From an uncultured bacterium (GTDB lineage: Bacteria > Verrucomicrobiota > Kiritimatiellia > CAIKKV01 > CAITUY01): DNA of 64,000 nt. Below the pieces are notes generated by a model. That model searched no databases. It was given only the letters and a program-made list of their open reading frames with translations, and was not told the origin of the DNA. The DNA is taken from assembly GCA_903958395.1 (NCBI GenBank), contig CAJBSZ010000437.1, positions 444 through 64,443 of the forward strand, in the 5' to 3' direction. Both the position numbers and the translations under genes were made by a program. Shown here one piece after another: positions 46,500-55,322 of this stretch; the first letter of the stretch is position 1; each line of letters begins with the position of its first letter.

Positions 46500-47351
46500 A
46501 TGAAAAAGCTGCTTGATGTCCTTCAGTCAGGGGCCGATTACCTCGCCGGCAAAGGGGTTGAGAATGCCCGTCTGGTGATGGAGCAGCTGATGAGCCATGT
46601 TCTCCAGTGTCCCCGGCTTCAGCTCTATATCCGGTTTGAGACCCTGATTCCGGAAGACCGGTTGGCGGCCTTGCGGGAAGGAATCAAGCGCCTGGGTGCC
46701 GGGGCCCCCCTGCAGTATGTCGTGGGGAATACGGAATTCATGGGGCACCGGTTCAAGACCGACAGGCGGGCGCTTATTCCCCGTTCCGACACCGAGACAC
46801 TGGTCAATGCGGTTCTGGCCTGCGATTCCCTTTGGGCGACCGGCCGGCCGGCTGTCGCGGAGATCGGTGTGGGGAGCGGGTGCGTGGTGATCAGCCTGGC
46901 TCTGGCCCGGCCGGAAGTCAATTACGTGGCCGTGGATGTGAGCGAGGCGGCGTTGGCCCTTGCGGTTGAAAATGCAGAGGCCAACCGGGTCGGATCCGCG
47001 ATTGCCTTCAAGCGGGGGGATTTGCTCGCGGGATTTGAGTCCGGATCCCTTCAGGCCGTGGTGGCCAATCTGCCTTATATCCCGAGTGGGGAGTGCGGGG
47101 GGCTGCCCCGCCATATCCGGGAGCATGAGCCGATGTCCGCCCTTGACGGGGGTGCCGATGGCCTGGATCTCATTCGCGTGTTGATTCAGCAGGCGGTGGA
47201 GGTGCTTTCTCCAGGTGGCCGGATCTTTCTTGAAATTGGCTTTGACCAGACTGGCCGGGTTGTGGAGACTTTGAAGGATTGCGGTTTTGTTGAAATGGTT
47301 GTACACAAGGATCTTGGCGGGCGTGATCGTGTGGTGCAGGCCGTCCGGTGA
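46500..47351 (+). CDS. prmC: Release factor glutamine N5-methyltransferase
   Basis: SAM motif EIGVGSGCV. The catalytic tetrapeptide reads NLPY (47067-47078) instead of the usual NPPY. Confidence 0.9.
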   Translation: MKKLLDVLQSGADYLAGKGVENARLVMEQLMSHVLQCPRLQLYIRFETLIPEDRLAALREGIKRLGAGAPLQYVVGNTEFMGHRFKTDRRALIPRSDTETLVNAVLACDSLWATGRPAVAEIGVGSGCVVISLALARPEVNYVAVDVSEAALALAVENAEANRVGSAIAFKRGDLLAGFESGSLQAVVANLPYIPSGECGGLPRHIREHEPMSALDGGADGLDLIRVLIQQAVEVLSPGGRIFLEIGFDQTGRVVETLKDCGFVEMVVHKDLGGRDRVVQAVR

Positions 47352-47363
47352 AAGGAAACAGGT

Positions 47364-47873
47364 ATGAGCTTTCTTGATCTCGTCAAAAAACGGTTCAGTG
47401 TGCGTGAGTATGATTCCCAGCCTGTCTCTGATCAGGATCTGGAAGCCGTTCTGGAGGCGGGCCGGCTGGCTCCCTCTGCGGCGAACCGGCAGCCCATTCA
47501 TATTATTGTGCTCCGGACAGAAGACCGGCGCCGCGATTTGGGGGTATCCTATCCCCGCGACTGGTTCTGGAAGGTTCCGGTGATTCTGGTTGTGTGTGTC
47601 GAAACGGCCCGGGGCTGGGTCCGCACCGATGGCAAGAATTATGCGGATGTGGATGGCGCCATTGCCATGGATCATATGACCCTTTGCGCGGCGGATCTCG
47701 GACTCGGAACCTGCTGGATCGGGGCGTTTGACCCGGTGAAGGTGCGGCGGATCCTGAACCTTCCGGAAGGGGTCGAACCTCTGGCCATGACGCCACTCGG
47801 CCACCCCGCTGAGCCTGTCCGCGCCAAAAGCCGGAAAACGCTTGAGGAAGTGGTTCGCCGGGAATCGTGGTGA
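47364..47873 (+). CDS. Nitroreductase-family protein
   Basis: RFSVREY...RLAPSAANRQP and GLGTCWIG motifs. Confidence 0.85.
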   Translation: MSFLDLVKKRFSVREYDSQPVSDQDLEAVLEAGRLAPSAANRQPIHIIVLRTEDRRRDLGVSYPRDWFWKVPVILVVCVETARGWVRTDGKNYADVDGAIAMDHMTLCAADLGLGTCWIGAFDPVKVRRILNLPEGVEPLAMTPLGHPAEPVRAKSRKTLEEVVRRESW

Positions 47874-47879
47874 TTTCGG

Positions 47880-49175
47880 GTGAACTTCAAGCGCTCTAAT
47901 TTTTTTCTTATCCTTCTTGCCGCTTCCTGTCTCATGTTGGCGGCCTGGATGGGAGCGCATTCCCGGGAAGGCGACGTACGGGAAGGCGGTCCGGTTCTCG
48001 GAGCGGATGCTCCCGCAGGCGTGCGTTTTGTCACCGTTGCCTTGGGAGGATTTCGCGGGATTCTGGCGGACATCCTCTGGCTGAGGGCGTCCGATCTGCA
48101 GGATGAGGGGCGTTTTTTTGAGGTCGCCCAGCTGGCGGATTGGATTACCCGGCTTCAGCCGCGTTATCCCGAGGTGTGGGCCTACCATGCCTGGAACATG
48201 GCCTACAATATCACGGCGGTTCTAGCCGATCCTGTCGACCGTTGGCACTGGGTCAGGAATGGCCTCCGGTTGCTTCGTGACGAAGGGATTCCCTCCAATC
48301 CGCACGATCCCAAGTTGTATTGGGAACTCGGCTGGATGTTTTATGACAAGGTGGGCGGCAAGTGGGATGAGGCTACGTTATTTTACCGGATTAACTGGGC
48401 CCGGGAGATGGGTGAGGTGGTGGGGTCGATCCCGGGTTCCCCTGAAATGGCCCGGCGCCTGAAGGCGGTAGGGCTTGATCCTATCCGGATGAAGGCCGTG
48501 GATGAGGCGTATGGCCCGCTTGACTGGCGCCTGCCCGAGTCCCATGCCTTGTATTGGGGTGCCTGCGGGCGACCCTATCAGCGGCCGGATTCTCCTTGGT
48601 GCAGCAGGCTGGTGTGGATGGGACTGGTAGAAACACTGAAGGGGGGGGCGTTGGCCTTTTCACCCGCCCAGCGGGTTTACCAGCAGGGGCCCCGGCTGGA
48701 TGTCGCGGTGAAGGGAATTCAGCGGTGTGCAAGCGAGGGAATGAACGGTGACCCGCTGGTTCGGGCGGTCATGGTTAATTTTCTACGCGAGGCCGCCCTT
48801 TATCTCGAGGCGTTTGGAAAACGACCTGAAGCGGAGGCCGCCCTGACGGAACTGAAACGACTACCTGATTATCATGACGGGGAAGTGGCCTTGGATGAAT
48901 TTATCAGGCGGCAGATTCAGGCCGAGATCAAGGGCTGGGATGCCGCCAGCAGGCAGGAGTGTGTTGTGCGATTTTTGACCCGGAGTGAATCCTGGCGCCG
49001 TTTGGATGGGGCCCCTTATGCCGCAGGATATGAGCGACTGGCTCGCCTGTATCATGAGGCTTGGAGTCAAGCGGACAAGTCCGCCCCTGCGTGGGACACG
49101 CTACGCGCGATGGCGAGGGAACGATCCTTGCTGGAGATGCCGGACGCGGCTAAAACCCCACCACAAAGCCCTTGA
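47880..49175 (+). CDS. Hypothetical membrane-anchored protein (431 aa)
   Basis: N-terminal TM helix (FFLILLAASCLMLAAW), then a Trp/Tyr-rich helical domain (WAYHAWNMAYNI). GTG start 6 nt after the nitroreductase stop. No family recognised. Confidence 0.55.
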   Translation: MNFKRSNFFLILLAASCLMLAAWMGAHSREGDVREGGPVLGADAPAGVRFVTVALGGFRGILADILWLRASDLQDEGRFFEVAQLADWITRLQPRYPEVWAYHAWNMAYNITAVLADPVDRWHWVRNGLRLLRDEGIPSNPHDPKLYWELGWMFYDKVGGKWDEATLFYRINWAREMGEVVGSIPGSPEMARRLKAVGLDPIRMKAVDEAYGPLDWRLPESHALYWGACGRPYQRPDSPWCSRLVWMGLVETLKGGALAFSPAQRVYQQGPRLDVAVKGIQRCASEGMNGDPLVRAVMVNFLREAALYLEAFGKRPEAEAALTELKRLPDYHDGEVALDEFIRRQIQAEIKGWDAASRQECVVRFLTRSESWRRLDGAPYAAGYERLARLYHEAWSQADKSAPAWDTLRAMARERSLLEMPDAAKTPPQSP

Positions 49176-50346
49176 GATATTCCGACTCCGGGAAGCCCGG
49201 CTTGCGGGGATGGTCAGGGGGCTGGCCGAGGTTGTCCAGGAATTGAACCGCGCGCCGTGCGTCGCGCGCCGCGCCTTCAATCACCTTGCCGAATAGATCC
49301 CGGTCCACCAGACCGCTACACGAGTAGGTGAAAAGCACCCCCCCGGCATTCATGAGTTGGCAGGCCAATAAATTGATATCCTTGTAGGCCCGTAAGCCCT
49401 GCTGCATTTTAGCTTTCCGGCTGACCAGTTTGGGTGGGTCGAGAATGATGAGATCGAAACGCGCCTTCTCCTCGCGAAATTGCCGGAGAAGTTCAAAGGC
49501 GTCGCCCAGCCGGTAGTCCCGTTTCGCCGGGTCACAATCCGGATTCAGCGCCAGTTGTTGGTCGGCGAGTTCCTTGGCGGAGGTGGAGGAGTCGAGCGAT
49601 AAAACGCTTTTCGCCCCGGCGTTCAGGGCGCAGATTCCGAACGAGTCGGTATAGGCAAACACATTGAGCACGCGGGGCTTTCCAAGCTGCCCGATCCAGC
49701 GGGAGAGGGTTTGCCGGTTGGTGCGTTGATCCAGATAAAAGCCTGTTTTATGCCCATTTTCAACATCCGCCAGAAACCGGAGCCCGTTTTCCTGGAACGG
49801 GACGGGGGCGCTCAGGGGCGCTCCTGCCAGAAGGCCCTTCCGGGGTTCCAGTTCCTCATGGCGGCGAATATCCACATCGGACCGTTCCCAGATGGTTTTG
49901 GGATGCAGAAGATTTTGGAGAGTTTCAATCAGGATATCCCGGCGCGATTCCCAGGGGGCGGTCAGAAGTTGAACGACCAGCACATCGGCATAGCGGTCAA
50001 CAATCAGGCCCGGCAGGCCATCGCACTCTGAGGAGACAAGCCGGGCGGCGGTGTCCAGTCCCCACGGGAGCCAATTCTGGCGGCGCTCGATGGCCAATTG
50101 GAGTCGGGCCTTGATGCCCGGCGCATCGAGTTGGGCGCCGGGTTCAATGGAGAAGACGCGGGCCCGGATATCGGAGGAGGGGTGGACTGTTGCCCGGGCG
50201 ATTAAGGTGCCGTTGGCGGCGATAATGTCCGCCTCATCGAGTTGACGGTTTCCCTCGGCGCGTGAGATGGCGCCGGACATGATCCAGGGATGACCGCGAA
50301 CAATCGGTATCTCCCGGCCCGGCTTGAGATGAAGTTTCAATGTCAT
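49150..50346 (-). CDS. RlmI/RlmK-like class I SAM-dependent rRNA methyltransferase with a PUA-like N-terminus
   Basis: KPGREIPIVRGHPWI N-terminus, VLNVFAYTDSFG SAM motif and ILDPPK motif. Start at the internal ATG 50344-50346. Confidence 0.75.
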   Translation of the reverse strand: MTLKLHLKPGREIPIVRGHPWIMSGAISRAEGNRQLDEADIIAANGTLIARATVHPSSDIRARVFSIEPGAQLDAPGIKARLQLAIERRQNWLPWGLDTAARLVSSECDGLPGLIVDRYADVLVVQLLTAPWESRRDILIETLQNLLHPKTIWERSDVDIRRHEELEPRKGLLAGAPLSAPVPFQENGLRFLADVENGHKTGFYLDQRTNRQTLSRWIGQLGKPRVLNVFAYTDSFGICALNAGAKSVLSLDSSTSAKELADQQLALNPDCDPAKRDYRLGDAFELLRQFREEKARFDLIILDPPKLVSRKAKMQQGLRAYKDINLLACQLMNAGGVLFTYSCSGLVDRDLFGKVIEGAARDARRAVQFLDNLGQPPDHPRKPGFPESEYLKGFVVGF

Positions 50347-50408
50347 AAGTGTCGAACACTCAATCACAATGTCGACCGGAGGGCAAGGGGAAGACGCGGC
50401 GAGGCAGC

Positions 50409-50533
50409 AATTCGCATTATGACCAGCGGTCCGCGAGGCCGCGGACCCTCCCCTTGGCAAATATAAGGGTTTTAACGGGAGGGACGGCGGCCTCGCCGTC
50501 CGTGGTAGACTGAAAATGGCCATAATGCGAATT
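50409..50533. repeat. 125-bp palindromic, MITE-like element with 13-bp terminal inverted repeats
   Basis: AATTCGCATTATG (50409-50421) is the reverse complement of CATAATGCGAATT (50521-50533). Internal hairpins lie at 50428-50447 and 50482-50501, with CTCCCC/GGGAGG extensions. Confidence 0.6.
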
Positions 50534-50621
50534 TCTGGTGGCGAGGCGCATGTCACTGATGAGTTGTGCGAGCGGGAAAATCTTGACCTGGCGGGGAGGA
50601 GGTGGGAGAAAAGGCGGCACT

Positions 50622-51254
50622 ATGAGTACATCACCCAAGGAAGGTTATTTTAAATTCAATCCCCGTTTTGCCGGGGTGATTGATTTCCCCCCCGCCTGTT
50701 TGGAGGAGTTGAACCGTTCGCGCGAGCATTTGGTCAGGCTCAAACTGGTGGGGATGTATACCGAAGGGGAGCTCAAGGGTGTGGGCTATGGGAATATCAG
50801 CGTCCGGTCGCCCGGCGGGTTTGTGATCACGGCCACCCGTACGGGCGGGTTGCCGGTACTCGGCCCTGAGCATTATACGGAGATCATCAAGGTGGACATC
50901 GCCCGTAATGCCGTCGATTTCCGGGCGATGACGGCGGCGACCGTGCCGTCCTCGGAATGCATGACGCATGCCATGTTTTACCAGGCCGATCCGGCCGTCG
51001 GAGCCGTCATACACGTGCATCATCTGGAGTTCTGGAAGCGGCTTTTGGGCCGGGTTCCCACCACGGCCCGGGATGTCGAGTATGGAACCCCTGGAATGGC
51101 GAACGAAATTCTGAGGCTTTACCGCGAGACCGATCTGCCTTGCCGAAAACTGGCCGCTATGGCCGGCCATGAGGAGGGGATTATCGCCATCGGCCGTGAT
51201 CTCGACGAGGCCAGCAAGATCCTTCTGGATGCCTACAGGATCGTTGCGAGTTGA
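50622..51254 (+). CDS. Class II aldolase/adducin-domain protein
   Basis: GNISVR, VITATRTG, PSSECMTHAMFY and GAVIHVHH motifs. Start at the internal ATG (MSTSPKEG). Confidence 0.75.
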   Translation: MSTSPKEGYFKFNPRFAGVIDFPPACLEELNRSREHLVRLKLVGMYTEGELKGVGYGNISVRSPGGFVITATRTGGLPVLGPEHYTEIIKVDIARNAVDFRAMTAATVPSSECMTHAMFYQADPAVGAVIHVHHLEFWKRLLGRVPTTARDVEYGTPGMANEILRLYRETDLPCRKLAAMAGHEEGIIAIGRDLDEASKILLDAYRIVAS

Positions 51255-51309
51255 CTTTGCATTGTGGGGCCTTAACCTTCCGGAAAACCTAAGGGAAAAG
51301 CAGGGACGT

Positions 51310-53859
51310 ATGGCATCACTCGACATCAAGACACTCAAGGGGCTTTCTGCGGCGGAAGCGGCTGCACGGCTGGGTGCGGAAGGATACAACGAGCTTCCCC
51401 ATAGCAAGCCGCGCAGCATCTTCGCCATCGCGCTGGATGTGGTGAAGGAGCCGATGTTTCTTCTGCTGGTCGCCTGCGGCCTGATCTACCTGGTTCTCGG
51501 GGATATCCAGGAATCGCTGATGCTCATGGGGTTTGTGTTTGTGGTGATGGGGATCACCCTCTATCAGGAACGCAAGACCGAGCGGGCGCTGGAGGCGCTT
51601 CGTGACCTGTCCAGTCCCCGTGCCCTGGTGATTCGCGACGGCGAACAGCAGAAAATCGCGGGCCGGGAAGTCGTGCGCGGCGATATTGTCTTGCTCCAGG
51701 AAGGCGACCGAGTTCCCGCCGATGCCGTCCTGATCTCTTCCATGAGTCTCTCGGTGGATGAATCGCTCCTGACCGGCGAATCGGTGCCGGTCCACAAGAT
51801 GATGGCCGAAGGCCCGATTATCGACCTTGAGATGGCGCGGCCCGGGGGGGATCAAACCCCGTTCCTGTACTCCGGCACGCTGGTGGTCCAGGGGCAGGGG
51901 GTGTCGGAGATCAAGGGCACCGGAATGAAGACCGAGATCGGGAAAATCGGCAAAGCCTTGAAAAGCCTGGAGCAGGAGGAAACCCTTCTCCAAAAGGAAA
52001 CCGGCCTAATGGTCCGACGCCTGGCGGTGGTGGGATTGTCCCTCTGCGCCCTGGTCGTGGTGGTGTATGGACTGACCCGCGGCGACTGGTTGCAGGGGGT
52101 GTTGGCCGGTATCACGCTGGCCATGGCGACCTTGCCGGAAGAATTCCCGGTGGTGCTGACGATCTTCCTGGCGCTGGGCGCCTGGAGAATGTCGCGCAAG
52201 CGCGTCCTGGCGCGGCGCGTTCCGGCCATCGAAACGCTCGGCTCGGCTACGGTCCTGTGTACGGATAAGACCGGGACATTGACGATGAACCGGATGACGG
52301 TCGAGCAACTCTATGCAGGCGGTGCGTTTTGTGATGTGAAAAAAATGGGGGAGAGCTCCCTTCCGGAATCCTTCCATGAAGTGGTGGAGTACGGGATTCT
52401 GGCCAGTCAGCGCAATGCGTTCGATCCCATGGAAAAGGCCATTCATGAAATTGGCGGGCGCTATTTGGCCAAGACGGAACATCTTCATGATGACTGGGAA
52501 CTGTTGCGCGAATATCCGCTTTCCCGCGAGATGCTGGCGATTTCACAGGTCTGGAAATCCAGAACCAGCGCCGAATTCATGATTGCGGCCAAGGGGGCGC
52601 CGGAAGCCATTGCCGATCTCTGTCATTTTACCACGGAGCAGAAAACTGAACTCGCGGGCCGGATTGATGTGTTGGCCCGGGACGGCTACCGGGTTCTCGG
52701 AGTGGCGCGGGCGCGTTTCCAGCCGAGTGCCCTGCCTGATCAGCAGCATGATTTTGACTTTGAATTCATCGGGTTGCTGGGATTGGCCGATCCCATCCGG
52801 CCCACGGTTCCTGCGGCGATCGCGGTGTGTCATGAAGCGGGAATCCGGGTGGTGATGATCACCGGGGATTATCCCGTCACGGCGCGGAATATCGCCAAGC
52901 AGATCAATCTGGAGGAGGGCGACCTCATTACCGGGCCGGAACTGGCCGTCATGAGCGACGAGGAACTCAACCGCCGCATCCGGAAGGTCACCATTTTTGC
53001 CCGCGTGGTGCCTGAGCAGAAACTCCGCATTGTTCAAGCCTTTAAAGCGGCTGGCGAGATTGTGGCGATGACGGGGGATGGGGTCAACGATGCCCCGGCG
53101 CTGAAGGCGGCTCATATCGGGGTGGCCATGGGCGGACGCGGAACCGATGTGGCCCGCGAATCGTCGTCCCTCGTGTTGTTGGATGATGATTTCTCGTCTA
53201 TCGTGGAGGCGGTCAAGATGGGGCGTCGGATTTTCGACAATATCCGGAAGGCCGTGGCCTATATTTTTGCGATCCACGTGCCCATTGCCGGGATGTCGCT
53301 GATTCCCGTGTTGTTCGGCTGGCCGCTGGTTCTGATGCCGGTTCATATCCTGTTTCTTGAGTTGATTATTGATCCTGCGTGTTCGACCATCTTCGAGGCG
53401 GAAGCGGAGGAAAAAGACCTGATGAAACGGCCGCCCCGCAAGACGGGCGAACCGCTATTCAGTCTTCGCAGCGTGGGAGTGAGCGTACTGGAGGGGCTGA
53501 GCGTGCTAGCAGTGGTGTTGGCGGTCTTCTGGATTTCCTGGACGCTGGAACGGTCCGCGGACGAGTCGCGGGCACTGTCCTATACCACCCTGATTGTTGC
53601 GAATCTGGCGCTGATCATCAGCAACCGGTCACGAACCCGGACTTTGTTTGAGATGGCCCGGGTTCCCAATGCGGCCATGTGGTGGGTGATTGGCGGGGCG
53701 ACGGTGTTCCTGACGATGATCCTGAATGTGCCGTTCCTGAGGAAACTCTTCAAATTTTCAGTCCTGCATCCCGTGGATATCGCGATCTGCATTGGCGCCG
53801 GGTTGCTGAGCATTGCCGCGTTTGAGTTGATGAAGCTTCGGTCCCGGAAACAGTCATAA
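51310..53859 (+). CDS. Cation-transporting P-type ATPase (type II, Ca2+/Mg2+-like)
   Basis: TGES, CTDKTGTLT, MITGD and MTGDGVNDAPALK motifs. Start at the internal ATG (MASLDIKT). Confidence 0.9.
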   Translation: MASLDIKTLKGLSAAEAAARLGAEGYNELPHSKPRSIFAIALDVVKEPMFLLLVACGLIYLVLGDIQESLMLMGFVFVVMGITLYQERKTERALEALRDLSSPRALVIRDGEQQKIAGREVVRGDIVLLQEGDRVPADAVLISSMSLSVDESLLTGESVPVHKMMAEGPIIDLEMARPGGDQTPFLYSGTLVVQGQGVSEIKGTGMKTEIGKIGKALKSLEQEETLLQKETGLMVRRLAVVGLSLCALVVVVYGLTRGDWLQGVLAGITLAMATLPEEFPVVLTIFLALGAWRMSRKRVLARRVPAIETLGSATVLCTDKTGTLTMNRMTVEQLYAGGAFCDVKKMGESSLPESFHEVVEYGILASQRNAFDPMEKAIHEIGGRYLAKTEHLHDDWELLREYPLSREMLAISQVWKSRTSAEFMIAAKGAPEAIADLCHFTTEQKTELAGRIDVLARDGYRVLGVARARFQPSALPDQQHDFDFEFIGLLGLADPIRPTVPAAIAVCHEAGIRVVMITGDYPVTARNIAKQINLEEGDLITGPELAVMSDEELNRRIRKVTIFARVVPEQKLRIVQAFKAAGEIVAMTGDGVNDAPALKAAHIGVAMGGRGTDVARESSSLVLLDDDFSSIVEAVKMGRRIFDNIRKAVAYIFAIHVPIAGMSLIPVLFGWPLVLMPVHILFLELIIDPACSTIFEAEAEEKDLMKRPPRKTGEPLFSLRSVGVSVLEGLSVLAVVLAVFWISWTLERSADESRALSYTTLIVANLALIISNRSRTRTLFEMARVPNAAMWWVIGGATVFLTMILNVPFLRKLFKFSVLHPVDIAICIGAGLLSIAAFELMKLRSRKQS

Positions 53860-53868
53860 CGTCATCTG

Positions 53869-55311
53869 CTATGGCGTGGCGTTGCGCTTGCGCTCGTCCA
53901 GTAATCGTCGGGTCTCCTCCGAACGGGTTCGGGTGAGGGGGTAAAAGGCGATCAGGATGAAGGCCAGGATGCAGAAGAATGTCTGGGATCCGATTAACAG
54001 CCATTTCATGTTCAGGAGTTGAGCCGTCGTGGGAGGGGTGGTCATGAGGGTGTATCCTGCCAGGAAGGGCATAAAGCCGCTGAACATCAGGAGCACGATC
54101 TGGGTGACCCGGTGAAGGAGGCCTGCCACGGCCGAATAGGCTCCCTCACGACGCAGCCCGGTGACCAGTTCATCCTCATCGCAGACGTCGGCGGTCATGG
54201 AGGCGAACATAAGGTTTCCGCTTTGCAACCCGAGATTCATAATAATGCCGGGAATGATGGAGAGCCAGGGCCAGCGTGGATTCATGAAGGGAATTAACGC
54301 CAGAGTTCCGATCATGATTAAGCCCAGCCCGACAACAACTGTGGATCGCTTGCCGATGTGCGTGGAGATCCAGGTGCCCATGGCCACGCCCGCGAAGGTC
54401 ATCAGGTTTGCCACCACACCGCCGACGAGGGTCAGTTTCCCGTAGAATTCCATGCTGCCGCCGCACACGTAGTGCATCGTCAGGTACAGACCCAGCGCAG
54501 CCCCCCCACAACTGATGGCCATGAACATGGATAAGAACGCCCCCTGCAGGATCAGGAAGGTGCGGTTCGTGATGGTGGTCTTGAGCGCGACCATCAGGGG
54601 TATTTTTTTCTGGCGCAAAACCTCTGTGCTTTCGCGGCAGTGACGTAACAAGAGCAGGGTGCAGCCGATCATGACCACGCCTGCAATCACACTCAGCCAT
54701 TGGGCACCCACCAGAATATTGGGAAAGATTTCCTTGCGGCTGCAGATCCAGAAAAAGGAGGGATTAAGGAAGAAGGCCACGCCCAGGATATACCCTTTCC
54801 AAGCCTGAATGCGGGTTCGCTCATCGTAATCGGTGCTTAATTCATAGCCCATCGCCTGATAGGGGGCGAGCAGGGCGGAGTGGACCAGGGTGTAGACGGA
54901 CGTCATGACGGCCAGGTACACGGCCATGCCCCAGTTTCCGAATCCCTGGATCGGGGTCCACATAAAGGGCATCAGTATTGCCCCGAGGATAACGGAGATG
55001 AGGATGAAGGGTTTTCGACGCCCCCAGCGGGTGCGGGTGTTGTCGGAGATCCCCCCCATGACCGAATCGCCGATGACGCCGAAGATGCGGGGGAGGGACA
55101 TGACAATGCCCAACAGTCGGGTATCGAGTTGGAAGTGAAGGGTGTAGACCGGCCAGATCATGTGCCAGGGCACCGCCATGAACAGGAAATCGGCCACCCC
55201 TCCGATGCCGTAGCTGAGCTTGGTCATGGCCGGAACTTTGTCCCGGCCCGGGGTCACATGCTTCTTTTCCCAGTGCAGTTCGTCTTTCAGGCCGATGTGG
55301 GCGTCGCTCAT
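53869..55311 (-). CDS. GPH-family (glycoside-pentoside-hexuronide) MFS symporter
   Basis: 12-TM profile with KLSYGIGGVADF near the N-terminus and DNTRTRWGRRKPF in loop 2-3. Confidence 0.8.
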   Translation of the reverse strand: MSDAHIGLKDELHWEKKHVTPGRDKVPAMTKLSYGIGGVADFLFMAVPWHMIWPVYTLHFQLDTRLLGIVMSLPRIFGVIGDSVMGGISDNTRTRWGRRKPFILISVILGAILMPFMWTPIQGFGNWGMAVYLAVMTSVYTLVHSALLAPYQAMGYELSTDYDERTRIQAWKGYILGVAFFLNPSFFWICSRKEIFPNILVGAQWLSVIAGVVMIGCTLLLLRHCRESTEVLRQKKIPLMVALKTTITNRTFLILQGAFLSMFMAISCGGAALGLYLTMHYVCGGSMEFYGKLTLVGGVVANLMTFAGVAMGTWISTHIGKRSTVVVGLGLIMIGTLALIPFMNPRWPWLSIIPGIIMNLGLQSGNLMFASMTADVCDEDELVTGLRREGAYSAVAGLLHRVTQIVLLMFSGFMPFLAGYTLMTTPPTTAQLLNMKWLLIGSQTFFCILAFILIAFYPLTRTRSEETRRLLDERKRNATP

Positions 55312-55322
55312 TCACCCGCCTT

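Noticed and set aside
46527-48188. 553-aa minus-strand ORF
   Set aside because: It is antisense to prmC, the nitroreductase gene and the start of the 431-aa gene, all of which have clear motifs or tight operon spacing. Its translation is Pro/Arg/Gly-rich, with no recognisable domain.
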